Shown here piece by piece: positions 61,221-64,000 of a stretch of DNA of 64,000 nt. The notes under the pieces were generated by a model. That model made no database searches. It had not been told where the DNA came from and was given only the letters and a program-made list of their open reading frames with translations. The first letter of the stretch is position 1. Every line of letters begins with the position of its first letter. The position numbers and the translations under genes are program-made. The DNA is from Hydrolagus colliei (taxonomy: Eukaryota). The DNA lies in contig CM068758.1 in assembly GCA_035084275.1 (NCBI GenBank), positions 248,001 through 312,000 on the forward strand, in the 5' to 3' direction.

Positions 61221-64000
61221 AATTAAATGCCTGTTTTTTTTTGCTGGTACACAACTTATAAATGTGTATTTAACCGTCGCTTGAGTTCTTTATTCTGCTT
61301 TCTTTCTCATCCTTTCTCAGCTCTCTGTCTCTTCACCCCCCGACCAACTCCTTCCACCACCTCCCCCCCAACCCCCTCTCAATGATTACACCAGTAATTG
61401 CATTGGCATTTATTGAATATCTTGCTAACAGTGTTATGAGGTTTTCGTTGGTAGAGGTACTGTGGTTTGAAGTCATTAGATTAGGCCCCCATGGCAACAG
61501 ACAGCTTGCTGGTCTCTTAACAACTTCAAATGGAAAAAAAAGGAATCTCGGTCTCTGAAGAAATTGCTTGATATTGTGATGGAAACATCAGACACAGAGA
61601 ACAGAGAGAGAGCAGTGTGCAGCGGAATAAAGGGACTTTGATTTTCGAAACAACTCTGACGCGACTCTGGGGGAAAAAACATAGTTCTGTTCCATTTTAA
61701 AGCTGTTGTGTTGCAAATACCGCCGATGCAGCTCAGTTCTTTTACAGTCATGTTCCTTCGAGTTACTCATGTCGCAAAACCTCGCTAAGTACAAGAGAAC
61801 AGCGTCCAGCTCAGCCTGGTTGTAAGGAGGTTTGGCTTTGTTTTGTTATAGCTGGGATAGATTTCCATCAATTGAGATGACATGATATTGCCTCTAGGTT
61901 CTGGTAAACCACGGACAAGGAACACAAAAAACAACGACAGAAACCTTCTTCAAATTGATCTTGGCTGTGATAAAGTAGATCATTGTGTAGGGGGTGGAGG
62001 GGGCGATAGTGGAAGTAAACACAAAGTAGAATAAATTCTCCCTGCGTCTAGATTTACTGCTCTAATTCCCCCAGCATTCCAGATTGTCCGGGAATCGGCG
62101 AATTATTGGCTTCAGCCTTCACTTTTGAAAGAAGTTTTCTGCAAAAGAACTTTGATTGCTTTATTGCCAGCAGCGCTATCCTTCAGAAGGAAATGAACCA
62201 AGTCCCTTCTGCCATTTCGGGGGAAATATTAAAGATCCCAAGACACTATTGGGAAAGAGGAGGACATTTCCCCCAGTGTTTTGGCCAACAAATGGCCATA
62301 GATTTATACAGTAATTATGAGAGGCCATTCACTCCATGTCTGTGGGCCATTGCTGGGAGCTTGCCAGTACCTGGCACCTTGCAACTAAACTCTGAGGTGC
62401 TTTGTGACATTACAATATGTTCAGGTACTACAGTACTGTACATCAAATGTAAGCAATATGATTGCAGAAAGAAAAGGAATTTCAAGGTTGGATATTTAAG
62501 AGTTTGCCAAATTCCGAAGGCTCTGTATTTGCAAACTATATTACGCCGTATTCTGAGTTTAACCTCTACCAAGCGTACACAGTTATTTTAAATTGATGTA
62601 CAGTAAACTCCCAATAACTGGACCCTGGTGTTAACTGTCACTACCATTTAAGTCATCGGCCTATCAATATTCCAGCCTCATTTATTCATGTATTTATTAT
62701 ACTTGTGTCCAACACTCCGGTCCGGATACTGGTCACTTGTGGCTCAGAGTAACCACTTAACAGTTTAATGCGTTTGACAGTAAATTGGGAATCTCTGACG
62801 TCAATTGCAGCAAAGACATTTACAAGACATTAACAAGCCATAAACGGGACGCAGTGGGAATCTCCATTCGCTGGAGGAGATAAACAAGCAGAAACAGTCA
62901 GACATGAGATACATCCTCACTGCGCTGTGTGCAGTGACTAGCCATCTGGTCCACCACGAGTGGCAAGCAAAGGCTTGTTCAGGGTTAACGCAACCGCGCA
63001 AAATCACTGTTAACATGGGGTTAAACCATCTGATATCCAAACCCTCTGTAGAGAATGCGGTGGCTTCACTCGCTCAGGACTTTTCTTCTTTCTTATTCTG
63101 TCGGCAAAAAGCTAAATGAGAAGCAGATTGTTTTTAAGACGCAACTGGGAACGTGGAAATCTACACAGATACTGTTCACACACATTCAGGGAGAATGAAA
63201 CAACAATAATATTAAATTCTGTTATATGAATTGAACACTGGGGACACTTAGTTTCAGCCTCTGAACACAAGCTATAGTTTCAATCCCATCCTCGTTGCCC
63301 AGTGAGTTGCAACACACTTATACTCTACTGTAATGTCATCAGTGGCTTCTTGAGGGGAGTGGGAGTCTGACTCCCTTCTAAGGCCTTACTGTAAAGTAAT
63401 TCTATGCTTCAGACACAAAGAGGAGCAGGGAGGTTGCTGGATGAGATGCGCTGTGTCATTTTACTCCCCCAGGCCAAAGGGAATCACTGCTTCCCCCATT
63501 TCTGCCGGTTAATCTGGATAAGAATTTATTCCTTTGTCTGGTGAGTGGATTACCCCGAAGACAAGCACTTGGAAGCAAAGCAGAATGAAGCACGCAACAA
63601 TACACAAAAACCGAGACACATTTTTTTAACGTCAAGTCTTTTGGGTGGAAGGTCGATCCAGCCCCGGGATTCTTACTGTTTCAGCAGAAAGTTCCCTCAA
63701 CGGAGGCGTGACCTAGTTACATTACAAAGTGGCTAGCGTACTCCACACAAGCTAATGTCAAAGGAGATGACGGTAAAACTCCTTGACCGCCAGGATTTTC
63801 CGCCACTCGAAGCCTGACCTGCCACCAGAGAGAGAGAGAGAGAGAGAATGAAGCAGACATCGCTGTCTGTAATGTTCTTTTATACATTGACCCATTCTCA
63901 TGAGCAAGCAACGACTTAAAATAACACATGGATAAACTTCACATGCCTCTCTCCGTCTGGGTTCTGGTTGGGTTTCACTCAGTTCCCTGTGGAGGGAACA

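Noticed and set aside
60508-62591. 161-162 aa ORFs downstream of MYH16
   Set aside because: No domain similarity or exon-like features. ARPC1A sequence was not seen in the window.

Overview
Vertebrate nuclear DNA. The repeat landscape (tRNA-headed Deu-type SINEs with L2 tails, CR1, L2, a Penelope-like fragment) suggests a cartilaginous fish, probably a holocephalan; this is an inference. Three genes lie in the order and orientation known from human 7q22.1. (1) SMURF1 on the minus strand: CpG-island promoter and first coding exon (16130-16184), with intron 1 filling 1-16129. (2) A complete KPNA7 (importin alpha) on the minus strand: 10 coding exons, 515 aa. (3) A complete, frame-intact MYH16 (masticatory/superfast myosin heavy chain) on the plus strand: 43 coding exons, about 1946 aa, plus a 3'UTR intron. 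All exon boundaries were read by eye as GT-AG with consistent phases. The best unexplained signal is a ~620-nt run of six abutting GU-rich hairpins in a MYH16 intron (52338-52954). Other points are a MEF2/E-box/MCAT cluster between KPNA7 and MYH16, a SINE tail serving as a KPNA7 splice acceptor region, a branch-point minisatellite, and nested transposons. No database searches or folding programs were run. Repeat boundaries are approximate.
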